Of a stretch of DNA of 24,000 nucleotides, positions 16,069-24,000 are shown piece after piece; the stretch's first letter is position 1; each line of letters begins with the position of its first letter. This stretch comes from Actinopolymorpha rutila (GTDB taxonomy: Bacteria > Actinomycetota > Actinomycetes > Propionibacteriales > Actinopolymorphaceae). The position numbers and the translations under genes were made by a program. Under the pieces are notes generated by a model. It saw only the letters and a program-made list of their open reading frames with translations. It ran no database searches and was not told the origin of the DNA. The stretch spans positions 6,756,838 to 6,780,837 of the forward strand of contig NZ_JACBZH010000001.1 in assembly GCF_013407855.1 (NCBI RefSeq), written 5' to 3'.

Positions 16069-17079
16069 GTGCGCGGACTGAGCGTGGGGTACGTCGTCCG
16101 CCGGGTGGGGATGTTCCTGTTCACCATCTGGGCGAGCGCGACGCTGATGTTCTTCATCCCGCGGCTGGCGCCGGGCGACCCGGTGCAGGCGATGATCACC
16201 CGGATCACCTCGCAGGCGGGCTACGTCGAGGGCAGCGGCAAGCTGGTCGCCGCCTGGCGGGCCCGCTTCGGACTGGACGACCCGCTGCCGGTGCAGTATC
16301 TCCACTACCTGAAGAGCATGGCGACGTTCGACTTCGGCTACTCGCTGGCGCAGTTCCCCGCGCAGGTGGGCACGATGATCGGGCGGGCACTGCCGTGGAC
16401 GGTCGGCCTGCTGGTCATCGCGACGGCGCTGTCGTTCCTCGCCGGCAGCGCGATCGGTGCGCTGATGGCCTGGCGGCGTACGCCCGCGCTGCTGCGGGTC
16501 TTCTTGCCGGTGTCGCTGACGTTCACCGCGATCCCGTTCTACATCCTGGGGATCGTCCTGATCTACGTGTTCGTCTTCACCCTGCGGCTGTTCCCGATCT
16601 CCGGTGGCTACCGCGGCGACCTGACGCCCGGGATCAGCCTGGCGTTCGTGAACAGCGTGGTGCAGCACGGCACCCTGCCGGCGTTGTCGATCGTGCTGGC
16701 CAGCATGGGGTTCTGGGCGCTCGGCATGCGGGGGATGATGGTCACCGTCGCCGGGGAGGACTACCTGACGCTGGCCCGCGCGAAGGGGCTGCGGCCGCTG
16801 GACATCCTTTTCCGGTACGAGATCCGCAACGCGATCCTGCCCCAGGTCACCGCGCTCGTGCTCGGCATCGGCGGGATCGTCGGCGGCACCGTGCTGGTGG
16901 AGTACCTCTTCGGCTATCCCGGCATGGGCGCGCTGCTCTACCAGGCGATCTCCACCACCGACTACACCGTGATGCAGGGCATCGTGTTCATCCTGATCCT
17001 CACCACGGTCACCGCGGTGCTGATCATCGACCTGGTCTACCCGCTGCTCGATCCGCGCATCTCCTACGAGAGGAGGTGA
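16069..17079 (+). CDS. ABC transporter permease (DppB/OppB type)
   Basis: YVVRRVGMFLFTIWASATLMFFIPRLAPGDPV is the N-terminal signature. The EAA-loop region is DYLTLARAKGLRPLDILFRYEIRNAILP. The GTG start has GAGGAG 7 nt upstream. Confidence 0.88.
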   Translation: MRGLSVGYVVRRVGMFLFTIWASATLMFFIPRLAPGDPVQAMITRITSQAGYVEGSGKLVAAWRARFGLDDPLPVQYLHYLKSMATFDFGYSLAQFPAQVGTMIGRALPWTVGLLVIATALSFLAGSAIGALMAWRRTPALLRVFLPVSLTFTAIPFYILGIVLIYVFVFTLRLFPISGGYRGDLTPGISLAFVNSVVQHGTLPALSIVLASMGFWALGMRGMMVTVAGEDYLTLARAKGLRPLDILFRYEIRNAILPQVTALVLGIGGIVGGTVLVEYLFGYPGMGALLYQAISTTDYTVMQGIVFILILTTVTAVLIIDLVYPLLDPRISYERR

Positions 17080-17085
17080 CGGGCC

Positions 17086-18009
17086 ATGGACCCGACCGCC
17101 GTCACCCAGATCCAGGAACGGGCGGACGAGGCCGCCGACCCGGCCGGCCGGCGGCCGACGTCGCCTTGGCGCAACCGCAAGTTGCTCACCGGCGCCGGCA
17201 TGGTCGTGGGGGTGCTGGTGCTCACCCTGCTGGGCCGGCTGCTGTGGGACACCACCCTCGCCAGGGCGGCCAGCTCACCGCTCAACCTGCCGCCGTTCTG
17301 GCTGCCGGGCGGCTCGCTCGCGCACCCGCTGGGCACCGAGAACAGCGGCCGGGACATGCTCGCCCTGCTGGTGGTGGGCGGCCCGACGACGCTGCAGGTC
17401 GGCCTGGTCGTTGGCGTGACGAGCATGGTGGTCGGCACCGTGCTGGGGTTCGCCGCCGGTTATCGCGGCGGGGTCGTGGACACGGTGATCCGTACGCTGT
17501 CCGACACCGCGCTCACCATCCCGACGCTGGCGATCCTGGTGGTGATCTCGGCGTACGTGCGGCAGATGGACGTCACCACGATGGCGCTGATCGTCGCGTT
17601 GTTCGCCTGGGCCGGGCCGACCCGGCTGATCCGGGCGCAGGTGCTGTCGATGCGCGAGCAGGGGTACGTCCGGATGGCCCGGCTCACCGCGCTGCCCACG
17701 CGGCACATCATGTTCGGGGAGATGATGCCGAACCTGCTGCCCTACCTCGCGGCCAGCTTCATCGGCGCGACGTCCGGCGGCATCCTGGCCGCGGTCGGGC
17801 TGGAGGCGCTCGGCCTCGGGCCACAGCGCATCCCCACGCTCGGCATGACGGTGTCCAACGCGATCAGCGGGTCGGCGATCCTGCGCGGGATGTGGTGGTG
17901 GTGGGGTTTCCCGACCCTGGTGCTGATGGTGATCTTCATCGGACTGTTCCTGCTGGCGATCGGCCTGGACGAGGTGGCCAACCCGCGGCTGCGGGGAGCG
18001 AAGGCATGA
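17086..18009 (+). CDS. ABC transporter permease (DppC/OppC type)
   Basis: HPLGTENSGRDMLALLVVG is the conserved G.D..GRD motif. The EAA-loop region is EQGYVRMARLTALPTRHIMFGEMMPNLLP. The ATG has GAGGAGG upstream. Confidence 0.88.
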   Translation: MDPTAVTQIQERADEAADPAGRRPTSPWRNRKLLTGAGMVVGVLVLTLLGRLLWDTTLARAASSPLNLPPFWLPGGSLAHPLGTENSGRDMLALLVVGGPTTLQVGLVVGVTSMVVGTVLGFAAGYRGGVVDTVIRTLSDTALTIPTLAILVVISAYVRQMDVTTMALIVALFAWAGPTRLIRAQVLSMREQGYVRMARLTALPTRHIMFGEMMPNLLPYLAASFIGATSGGILAAVGLEALGLGPQRIPTLGMTVSNAISGSAILRGMWWWWGFPTLVLMVIFIGLFLLAIGLDEVANPRLRGAKA

Positions 18010-18956
18010 GCGTCGACGTGAGTGTTGGCACGGGTACCGGCGATCCCGTTCTGTCGGTGACGGACCTGCGGGTCCACTACCGCACTGCCGGCGGGGACGT
18101 GGTGGCCGCGAACGGCGTGTCGTTCGCCCTCGGGCGCGGGGAGACGCTCGGGCTGGTCGGCGAGTCCGGCTCGGGCAAGTCGACCGTGGCGATGGCGATC
18201 CTGCGGCTGACCACGCCTCCCGGCCGGGTGGTGGGCGGCTCGGTCCGGCTCGGCGACGCCGACCTGCTGGCGATGTCCGAGGCGGAGCTGCGGACCCGCC
18301 GCTGGCGCGACATCGCGCTCATCCCGCAGGGCTCGATGAACTCCCTGAACCCCGTGCTCCGCGTACGCCGGCAACTCGGCGACGCGATCGAGACGCACGA
18401 GGGCCGCCAGCCGCGCAGGGCGCTGCGCGAACGCATCGTCCGGCTGCTGTCGCTGGTCAACCTGCCCGAACGCGTGGTCGACCTCTACCCGCACGAGCTG
18501 TCCGGCGGGATGAAGCAGCGGGTCTGCATCGCGATGGCGATCGCGCTGGACCCGGCCGTGATCATCGCCGACGAACCCACCAGCGCGCTGGACGTCGTGG
18601 TGCAGAAGGCGGTGGCCCAGACGCTGCTGGACGTGAAGAAGCGGCTGAACAGCTCGATGATCCTGATCGGGCACGACATGGCGCTGCAGGCCCAGCTGGT
18701 GGACCGGATCGCGGTGATGTACGCGGGGAACATCGTGGAGATCGGTTCCGTACGCGACATCCTGCGCGACCCGCGGCACGCGTACACCCGGCACCTGATC
18801 GCCTCCATCCCGTCCATCCGGGAACGCCGGCCGCTGGTGGTCCGCGACGTCCGCGCACCCGACCTGCGCACGCGAAGGCCCACGCCGGCGATGGCCGAGG
18901 TCGCCCCAGGCCACCTGGTGGCCACGTCCGACCTGGAGGTGACGGTCGATGGCTGA
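18006..18956 (+). CDS. ABC transporter ATP-binding protein (DppD/OppD type)
   Basis: It has Walker A GESGSGKST, the signature LSGGMKQRV and Walker B VIIADEPTSALD. The ATG overlaps the permease stop (ATGA). It is listed in the ORF track only as the tail of an 853-aa read-through ORF. Confidence 0.9.
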   Translation: MSVDVSVGTGTGDPVLSVTDLRVHYRTAGGDVVAANGVSFALGRGETLGLVGESGSGKSTVAMAILRLTTPPGRVVGGSVRLGDADLLAMSEAELRTRRWRDIALIPQGSMNSLNPVLRVRRQLGDAIETHEGRQPRRALRERIVRLLSLVNLPERVVDLYPHELSGGMKQRVCIAMAIALDPAVIIADEPTSALDVVVQKAVAQTLLDVKKRLNSSMILIGHDMALQAQLVDRIAVMYAGNIVEIGSVRDILRDPRHAYTRHLIASIPSIRERRPLVVRDVRAPDLRTRRPTPAMAEVAPGHLVATSDLEVTVDG

Positions 18957-19818
18957 CCAGACGACCGGACAGACGACCGGACAGCCGAATGGGCAGACGC
19001 CCGGGCCGGACGGCCCACCGCTGCTGGAGGTCCGGTCGGCGGTGAAGGTGTACGGCAAGGGCGAGGAGCAGACCAAGGCCCTCGACAACGTGTCGTTGAC
19101 ACTGCACGAGACGCCGGCCGGCATCACCACCGTCGCCGGGGAGAGCGGCAGCGGCAAGACGACCCTGTCCGACGCCATCCTGGGCTTCACCACGCTGACG
19201 TCGGGCCGGGTGCTGCACCGCGGCCGGGACGTCTCCACCCTCGACAAGGAGGGGTTCCTCGCCTACCGCCGCGAGGTGCAGGCGATCTTCCAGGACCCGT
19301 TCGGCGTCTACAACCCCTTCTACCGCGTACGACACGTCTTCGACCTGGCGGTGCGGCACTTCCGGCTGGCCACGTCGAAGGCGCAGGCCCGCGACCTCGT
19401 CGAGGACGCCCTGCGGGTGGTCGGGATGCGCGGCGCGGAGGTGCTCGACAAGCACCCGCACCAACTGTCCGGCGGCCAGCGGCAGCGGCTGATGATGGCC
19501 CGGGCGTACCTCATCCAGCCGCGGCTGATCGTGGCCGACGAGCCGGTGTCGATGGTGGACGCGTCGTTGCGGGCGCTGATCCTGGACATCATGCTGCGGC
19601 TGCGGGACGAGCGCGGCATCTCGTTCCTCTACATCACCCACGACCTGTCCACGGCCTACCAGGTCGGCGACGAGATCTGCATCCTCTACCGGGGTTCGAT
19701 CGTCGAACGCGGCGACACCCGGGAGGTGATCGACAACCCGCGGCACGAGTACTCCCGGCTGCTGGTCAGCTCGATCCCGGTGCCCGACCCGGACACCGCC
19801 TGGGCGTCCGACGGTTGA
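18949..19818 (+). CDS. ABC transporter ATP-binding protein (DppF/OppF type)
   Basis: It has Walker A GESGSGKTT, the signature LSGGQRQRL and Walker B LIVADEPVSMVD. The ATG overlaps the preceding gene by 8 nt. The N-terminus has a QTTGQTTGQPNGQT repeat. Confidence 0.9.
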   Translation: MADQTTGQTTGQPNGQTPGPDGPPLLEVRSAVKVYGKGEEQTKALDNVSLTLHETPAGITTVAGESGSGKTTLSDAILGFTTLTSGRVLHRGRDVSTLDKEGFLAYRREVQAIFQDPFGVYNPFYRVRHVFDLAVRHFRLATSKAQARDLVEDALRVVGMRGAEVLDKHPHQLSGGQRQRLMMARAYLIQPRLIVADEPVSMVDASLRALILDIMLRLRDERGISFLYITHDLSTAYQVGDEICILYRGSIVERGDTREVIDNPRHEYSRLLVSSIPVPDPDTAWASDG

Positions 19819-19821
19819 ATC

Positions 19822-19841
19822 GCCGACGGCTGCCCGTCGGC
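19822..19841. terminator. GC-rich hairpin immediately after the transporter operon
   Basis: GCCGACGG (19822-19829) pairs with CCGTCGGC (19834-19841) around a 4-nt loop, 4 nt after the TGA. A second arm pair, CCGACGGCTG (19852-19861) and CAGCCGTCGG (19889-19898), follows. There is no U-tract. Confidence 0.4.
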
Positions 19842-19908
19842 TGTGCGGCCGCCGACGGCTGAACGACCGACGGCCGCGCCCGACGACCAGCCGTCGGGCG
19901 AACGACCG

Positions 19909-22002
19909 TCAGGCGCCGACGTCGGCGTACGCCGCGAACCTCGCCCGCGCCCGGTCCACCCGGTCGTGCGCCAGGTCCGCCCACGCGGCCACCACCTGGT
20001 CGGGGTCGAACCGCCGGGCGACCTCCGCCTTCGCCCACGCCGACCGCTCCGCCCAGGTCGCCTGGTCGGCGGTCTCCAACACCCGCGCCACCGCCTCGTC
20101 CAGGGAGCCGCACAGGGCGTCCTCGCCGTACGCCTCGGCGGCGCCCTCCCACGCCCGGATCACCGGCACCGCGCCCGAGCCCATGCCCTCCGCCAGCGCG
20201 GCGTGCGAACCCTCCACGTCCGACAGCGACAGGATGTGGCCCACCTTGCGGTACCACGCGGGCATGTCCCGGCCATACGCGTCGAACATCACCGCGCCGC
20301 GCAGCAGCGGGTCCTTCTCCACCCGCTCCAGGCTGCGCTGGGTGTCGCGGCGTTCCTCGGGGCGCTCCCACGACGGCTTGTGCGCCCAGCCCATCCGGCT
20401 GCGCACCAGCAGGTGGAAGCGCGGGTCCTCCCGGCGCAGAGCGGCGAGCAGGTCCAGGGCCAGGTCGAACCGCTTCAGGCCGGGGGTGATCCCGACCATG
20501 CCGAGGGTGAAGCGCGCCTCGGCGTACTTCGGCCGGTCCAGGGCGGCGAGGTCGACGTAGTTCGGGATGTAGACCAGCTTGCCGTCCGGCCAGCCGAGCT
20601 CGGTCCGGATCCGCCGGCGCATGTGCGGCGCGATGTAGACCACCGCGTCCACCGCGTCGAGCTGGATCTTGGGAGGGTAGGCGCTCTCGATCTCGAACCG
20701 GTGCAGGCGTACGACCAGCCGCTGGTCGGGGCGCTTGGCCCGGGACAGCCAGACCGCGTTCGGCCGGGCCCACTCGGCGACCAGGAGCTGGCCGGAGCGG
20801 GCGAGGTTCTCGGTGATGCCGTCGTTGCGCGCGCCGGGCGTACGCCACTCGTCGACGGCCACCTCCAGGTCCGGCCGCTGCCCGAGCTTGGTGGCCAGGC
20901 CGCGCATGAACTTCATGTCGTACCCGAACACCCGGACCCGCACGGTTCCCCCGGCCGTCCCGGTGTCTCCGGTGCCTTGATCGGGCTCCGCGAGCGGCGG
21001 GAGCAGGGCGAGGACCTGCCGGGCGCCGGCGTCCTGGGCGGCCGCGGTCCACTCCGCATGCTGCTCACCGGTCCGTGGCCACGGCTCGCCGCCCCAGCGG
21101 TCCAGGCTGGGCGGCGTCCAGGGGCCCCCGTCGCCGCGCAGCCGGGCCACGGGATAGGAGTACGCCGTCGGCTCGGGGGCCGCGCCGCCCGCCGTCTCGT
21201 CCAGCAGCCGCCGCCACAGCGCGAGGTGACCCGGAACGTCCGTGGGGTGTACGTCCGCCGCTCCACCCGCCCGGCCGGAACGCCGGTCCGTACGCCCACC
21301 GCGGCCACCGCGGCCACCGCAGGTCGGGCAGCGCCGGTCGGCGGCCAGCGGCGGGAAGACGACGGTGCGCGCGGGCCCGGCCACCCGCTCCAGCACCCCC
21401 GCCGCGTCCAGGCTGTCCGCGAGCAGCCCGCCGACCAGCGGAGCGGCCTCCCGCAACTGCCCGGCCCAGGTCACCGGCTCACCGGGGGCGGCGCGTTCGG
21501 GCGGGACGGCGAACAGCCACACGGCGGCACCGGGTACGCCGGAGTCGACCGCGGCCAGCGCCGCCGCGGAGGACTCGGCGAGCACCAGGCGGGCACCGGC
21601 CAGGGCGGCGAGCTGGGGGTCGGGTTCACCGGAGGTGCGGGCGGGCACCGGCTCCACCGGCGCCGGCGTTCCCGCCGCCCGCCGCCGGGACACGTGCACG
21701 CCGAACTCGTGGCCCACCCGCCTGGCCGCCGTGCGGGTCCGCCGGGCGACGGCGTACGCACCGGCGCGCGCGGCCCGGCCGACGAACCGCACCGCCACCC
21801 CGGCGGCGCTCGGCACCCGCGCGGTGGGTGCCGTGCTCGGCTCCACCAGCTCCGGTGGCGGCGGCGACCAGGAGACCTGGTGAACGTCCAGGCCGAGTTC
21901 GGTGAAGGCGGCATGAACGTTCGCGCGCCAACAGCACACACCCGGGTCAGCTGGCCAGCTCGGGTCGCACAGCACAACTACGCTGCCCACTGCGGCCGGC
22001 AC
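19909..22002 (-). CDS. two-module protein: N-terminal ~350 aa of unknown function plus a C-terminal GT-B (GT4-like) glycosyltransferase
   Basis: The C-terminal module (19909-20943) reads VRVRVFGYDMKFMRGL...RLHRFE...FTLGMVGITPGLKRFDLALDLLAALR...SLSDVEGSHAALAEGMGSGAVPV, a GT-B donor-binding E-x7-E-like region. The N-terminal part keeps G/C at nearly every third codon position in the stretch I checked, so it looks translated. I suggest the GTG at 22002 as the start, with GGAAGG 7 nt upstream. The ORF is open up to 22113. Confidence 0.7.
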   Translation of the reverse strand: MPAAVGSVVVLCDPSWPADPGVCCWRANVHAAFTELGLDVHQVSWSPPPPELVEPSTAPTARVPSAAGVAVRFVGRAARAGAYAVARRTRTAARRVGHEFGVHVSRRRAAGTPAPVEPVPARTSGEPDPQLAALAGARLVLAESSAAALAAVDSGVPGAAVWLFAVPPERAAPGEPVTWAGQLREAAPLVGGLLADSLDAAGVLERVAGPARTVVFPPLAADRRCPTCGGRGGRGGRTDRRSGRAGGAADVHPTDVPGHLALWRRLLDETAGGAAPEPTAYSYPVARLRGDGGPWTPPSLDRWGGEPWPRTGEQHAEWTAAAQDAGARQVLALLPPLAEPDQGTGDTGTAGGTVRVRVFGYDMKFMRGLATKLGQRPDLEVAVDEWRTPGARNDGITENLARSGQLLVAEWARPNAVWLSRAKRPDQRLVVRLHRFEIESAYPPKIQLDAVDAVVYIAPHMRRRIRTELGWPDGKLVYIPNYVDLAALDRPKYAEARFTLGMVGITPGLKRFDLALDLLAALRREDPRFHLLVRSRMGWAHKPSWERPEERRDTQRSLERVEKDPLLRGAVMFDAYGRDMPAWYRKVGHILSLSDVEGSHAALAEGMGSGAVPVIRAWEGAAEAYGEDALCGSLDEAVARVLETADQATWAERSAWAKAEVARRFDPDQVVAAWADLAHDRVDRARARFAAYADVGA

Positions 22003-22356
22003 AGGGGAGCCTTCCGGGCCTTCCCGGAGGGCCGGCCGCGTCTGCTGGACGCCAAGAGATGTGTCGTCAGCCACGACCGGAGCATAGGGACCCTCGCCAC
22101 CGATGCCGAGCACCGACGTCGAACAGTCCGGAAATGCCGGGCCCGTTCACACCCCGCCCGACCGCCCCGGCGAGGCGTCAGTTCCCTCACGCACGGTGAC
22201 ATTCGGCTCGGTATCCGGCCGATCTCGCTGTTCGCCGCCCGTGCCCGGCATTGTTTGGCAAGCTGAGCAATCCGGGCTCCGCTCACCGAGCGCTACCGTC
22301 CGGCAACAGTGGAAACCGACGACGCGGCACCGCGTACGAGCCATGGGGGGCGGACG

Positions 22357-24000
22357 TTGAGTTTCGCGGACGACCTGGCCCGGCGCGGGCGTGCGCTCGC
22401 CCGGCAGCGCCTCTCTCCTCAGGTCCGTCGGCGGCTGCGTGAGCTCCAGCGGGCAGTACTCGGCCGGCAGACCGCGCTCGTCGCGCGGACCGGCCTGAGT
22501 GCCGCCCGAGCAAGCCTCGGCGCCGGGGAGTACGCCGAGGCGGCGGCACGCGTCGATGCCGTGCTGCGGCGCGACCCGGGTGACGTGCCCGCGCTCGACC
22601 TGGGGCTTCGGGTGGCGACGAAGCGGGGCGCGGTCACCGAGGCCGGGTCCTACGCCGTCGCCCGGGTCGAGCGGACAAAGCTGCCCGCGCACTGGCGGGA
22701 GGCCCGCAGGGCGGTCGGCCGGGCACGGGAGACCGACCCGCGCTGGCGGCCGGTGGTCACCGCACCGGCTCCGCGGGGCTACGAGGCGCGCGAGGGCCGG
22801 GTGCTCTACGTCGCCAAGGAGTCCAGGCCCTACCTGCACAACGGGTTCTGCACCCGCTCCCACGAGTCGCTGCGCGCACTCGCCCGCGAGGGCTGGGACG
22901 TCGTGGGGGTGACCGAGCCCGGCTTTCCCGGCACGCTGGACGTGACCGACGGGACGGACGGGCCGCATACGCCGACCGCACCGGACCGCAGCGTCGTCGA
23001 GGGCGTCACGTACCACCATCTGCTGCCGAACGCAGGTCGTCGCCTCCGCGACCTCGGGCACGACGAGTACGCCAGTCTGGCCGCCGCCACTCTCGCCGGG
23101 GTGGTCGCCCGCGAACGCCCCGCCCTGCTGCACGTCTCGTCCGGGCACCGGGGCTACGAGGCCGCGCTGGCCGCCGGTGCGGTCGCCCGCTGGGCCGGCA
23201 TTCCGTGGCTGTACGAGGTACGCAGCTTCTTCGAGACGACCTGGACCTCCGACGCGCGGCTCTCCGAAACCGCGGAGTATCCCCGCCGCCGGTTCGCCAC
23301 CGAGACCGCGATGATGCGAGAGGCCTCCCTCGTCCTCACGTTGTCGTCGCCGATGCGGGACGAGATCGTCGAACGCCACGGCATCCCCGCCGACAAGGTG
23401 CGGGTGGTGCCCAACGGCGTCGACCTCGACCGGTTCGCACCGCGCCCGCGCGACCCCGACCTGCGCCGCAAGCTGGGGTTGACGGACTCGTTCACCCTCG
23501 GCTACGTGAGCAACCTGTCCCACCCGCGCGAGGGCCAGGAGGTACTGATCGAGGCGGTCGCCCGGCTGCGGGCGCGGGGACGCGCGGTGACCGGGCTGCT
23601 GGTCGGCGACGGCGGCCGGCGGCCCGCGCTGGAAGCCCTGGCCGAGCGCCTCGAGGTGGCCGAGCACGTGGTCTTCACCGGCAACGTGCCGTTCGACGAG
23701 GTGGCCGGGCACTACGCCCAGATCGACGTGTTCGTGGTGCCCCGGGTGGACGAACGCGCCGCCCGGATGGTCTCGCCGATGAAACCGTTCGAGGCGATGG
23801 CGATGCGGGTCCCCGTCCTGGTCGCCGACCTGCCCGCGCTGACCGAGATCGTGGGCAGCACGCCCGGGGGAGCGGGAGGCCAACGCGGGCTGGCGTTCCG
23901 GGCCGGCGACCCGGGTGCGCTGGCAGCCGCGGCGGTCGAGCTGATGGACGACGTACCCACCCGTCGGCACCTCGTCGACAACGCCGCGGCGTGGGTCGCC
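22357..24000 (+). CDS. GT4-family glycosyltransferase with a ~145-aa helical, Arg-rich N-terminal extension; 3' end outside the window
   Basis: This ORF is absent from the supplied ORF track. Frame 1 is open from 22267 to the window end. The translation reads ...GRVLYVAKESRPYLHNGFCTRSHESLRALAREGWDV...LLHVSSGHRGYEAAL...GIPWLYEVRSFFE...VRVVPNGVDLDRF...FTLGYVSNLS..EGQEVLIEAV...LLVGDGG.R..L...........VVFTGNVPFDEVAGHYAQIDVFVVPR...R..RMVSPMKPFEAMAMRVPVLVADLPAL.EIV. The start is uncertain: TTG at 22357, preceded by GGGGGGCGGACG, or GTG at 22309. Confidence 0.8.
   Translation, partial: MSFADDLARRGRALARQRLSPQVRRRLRELQRAVLGRQTALVARTGLSAARASLGAGEYAEAAARVDAVLRRDPGDVPALDLGLRVATKRGAVTEAGSYAVARVERTKLPAHWREARRAVGRARETDPRWRPVVTAPAPRGYEAREGRVLYVAKESRPYLHNGFCTRSHESLRALAREGWDVVGVTEPGFPGTLDVTDGTDGPHTPTAPDRSVVEGVTYHHLLPNAGRRLRDLGHDEYASLAAATLAGVVARERPALLHVSSGHRGYEAALAAGAVARWAGIPWLYEVRSFFETTWTSDARLSETAEYPRRRFATETAMMREASLVLTLSSPMRDEIVERHGIPADKVRVVPNGVDLDRFAPRPRDPDLRRKLGLTDSFTLGYVSNLSHPREGQEVLIEAVARLRARGRAVTGLLVGDGGRRPALEALAERLEVAEHVVFTGNVPFDEVAGHYAQIDVFVVPRVDERAARMVSPMKPFEAMAMRVPVLVADLPALTEIVGSTPGGAGGQRGLAFRAGDPGALAAAAVELMDDVPTRRHLVDNAAAWVA

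Noticed and set aside
16395-18956. An 853-aa plus-strand ORF spanning both permease genes and the first ATPase.
   Set aside because: Only its last 316 codons (from the ATG at 18006) encode a recognisable protein, an ABC ATPase. The upstream part is an alternative frame of the two permease genes with a low-complexity Arg/Pro/Gly translation.

Overview
High-G+C actinobacterial chromosome segment. From left to right it contains: the 3' end of kbl; a compact IS5-family insertion sequence sitting on the kbl stop codon; a stand-alone cysDN sulfate-activation operon; and a mosaic cell-envelope glycopolymer locus transcribed in alternating directions. The locus encodes a NeuD/PglD-type sugar N-acetyltransferase, a small monotopic phosphoglycosyl transferase, a secreted GH25 muramidase, two UDP-sugar 6-dehydrogenase-family enzymes, UDP-GlcNAc 2-epimerase, a CDP-alcohol phosphatidyltransferase coupled to a YqaA/DedA-like membrane protein, and three GT-B (GT4-like) glycosyltransferases. 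A five-gene Opp/Dpp-type ABC importer is embedded in it. The enzyme set (2-epimerase plus two 6-dehydrogenases plus acetyltransferase plus initiating PGT) points to an acidic, teichuronic-acid-like or EPS polymer. No flippase, polymerase or exporter lies in the window. I found no clearly new multi-gene system such as a defence island, CRISPR array or toxin module. The observations most worth follow-up are: (1) a 714-bp A/T-enriched non-coding island whose 3' ~200 nt, directly upstream of the muramidase, has the pseudo-twofold motif layout I associate with a ydaO/c-di-AMP riboswitch; (2) the translationally coupled CDP-alcohol transferase / YqaA-like pair; (3) a two-module glycosyltransferase with an unrecognisable N-terminal half; (4) a right-edge glycosyltransferase ORF that the supplied ORF track does not list. 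Most very long ORFs in the track are antisense or out-of-frame shadows typical of high-G+C DNA.
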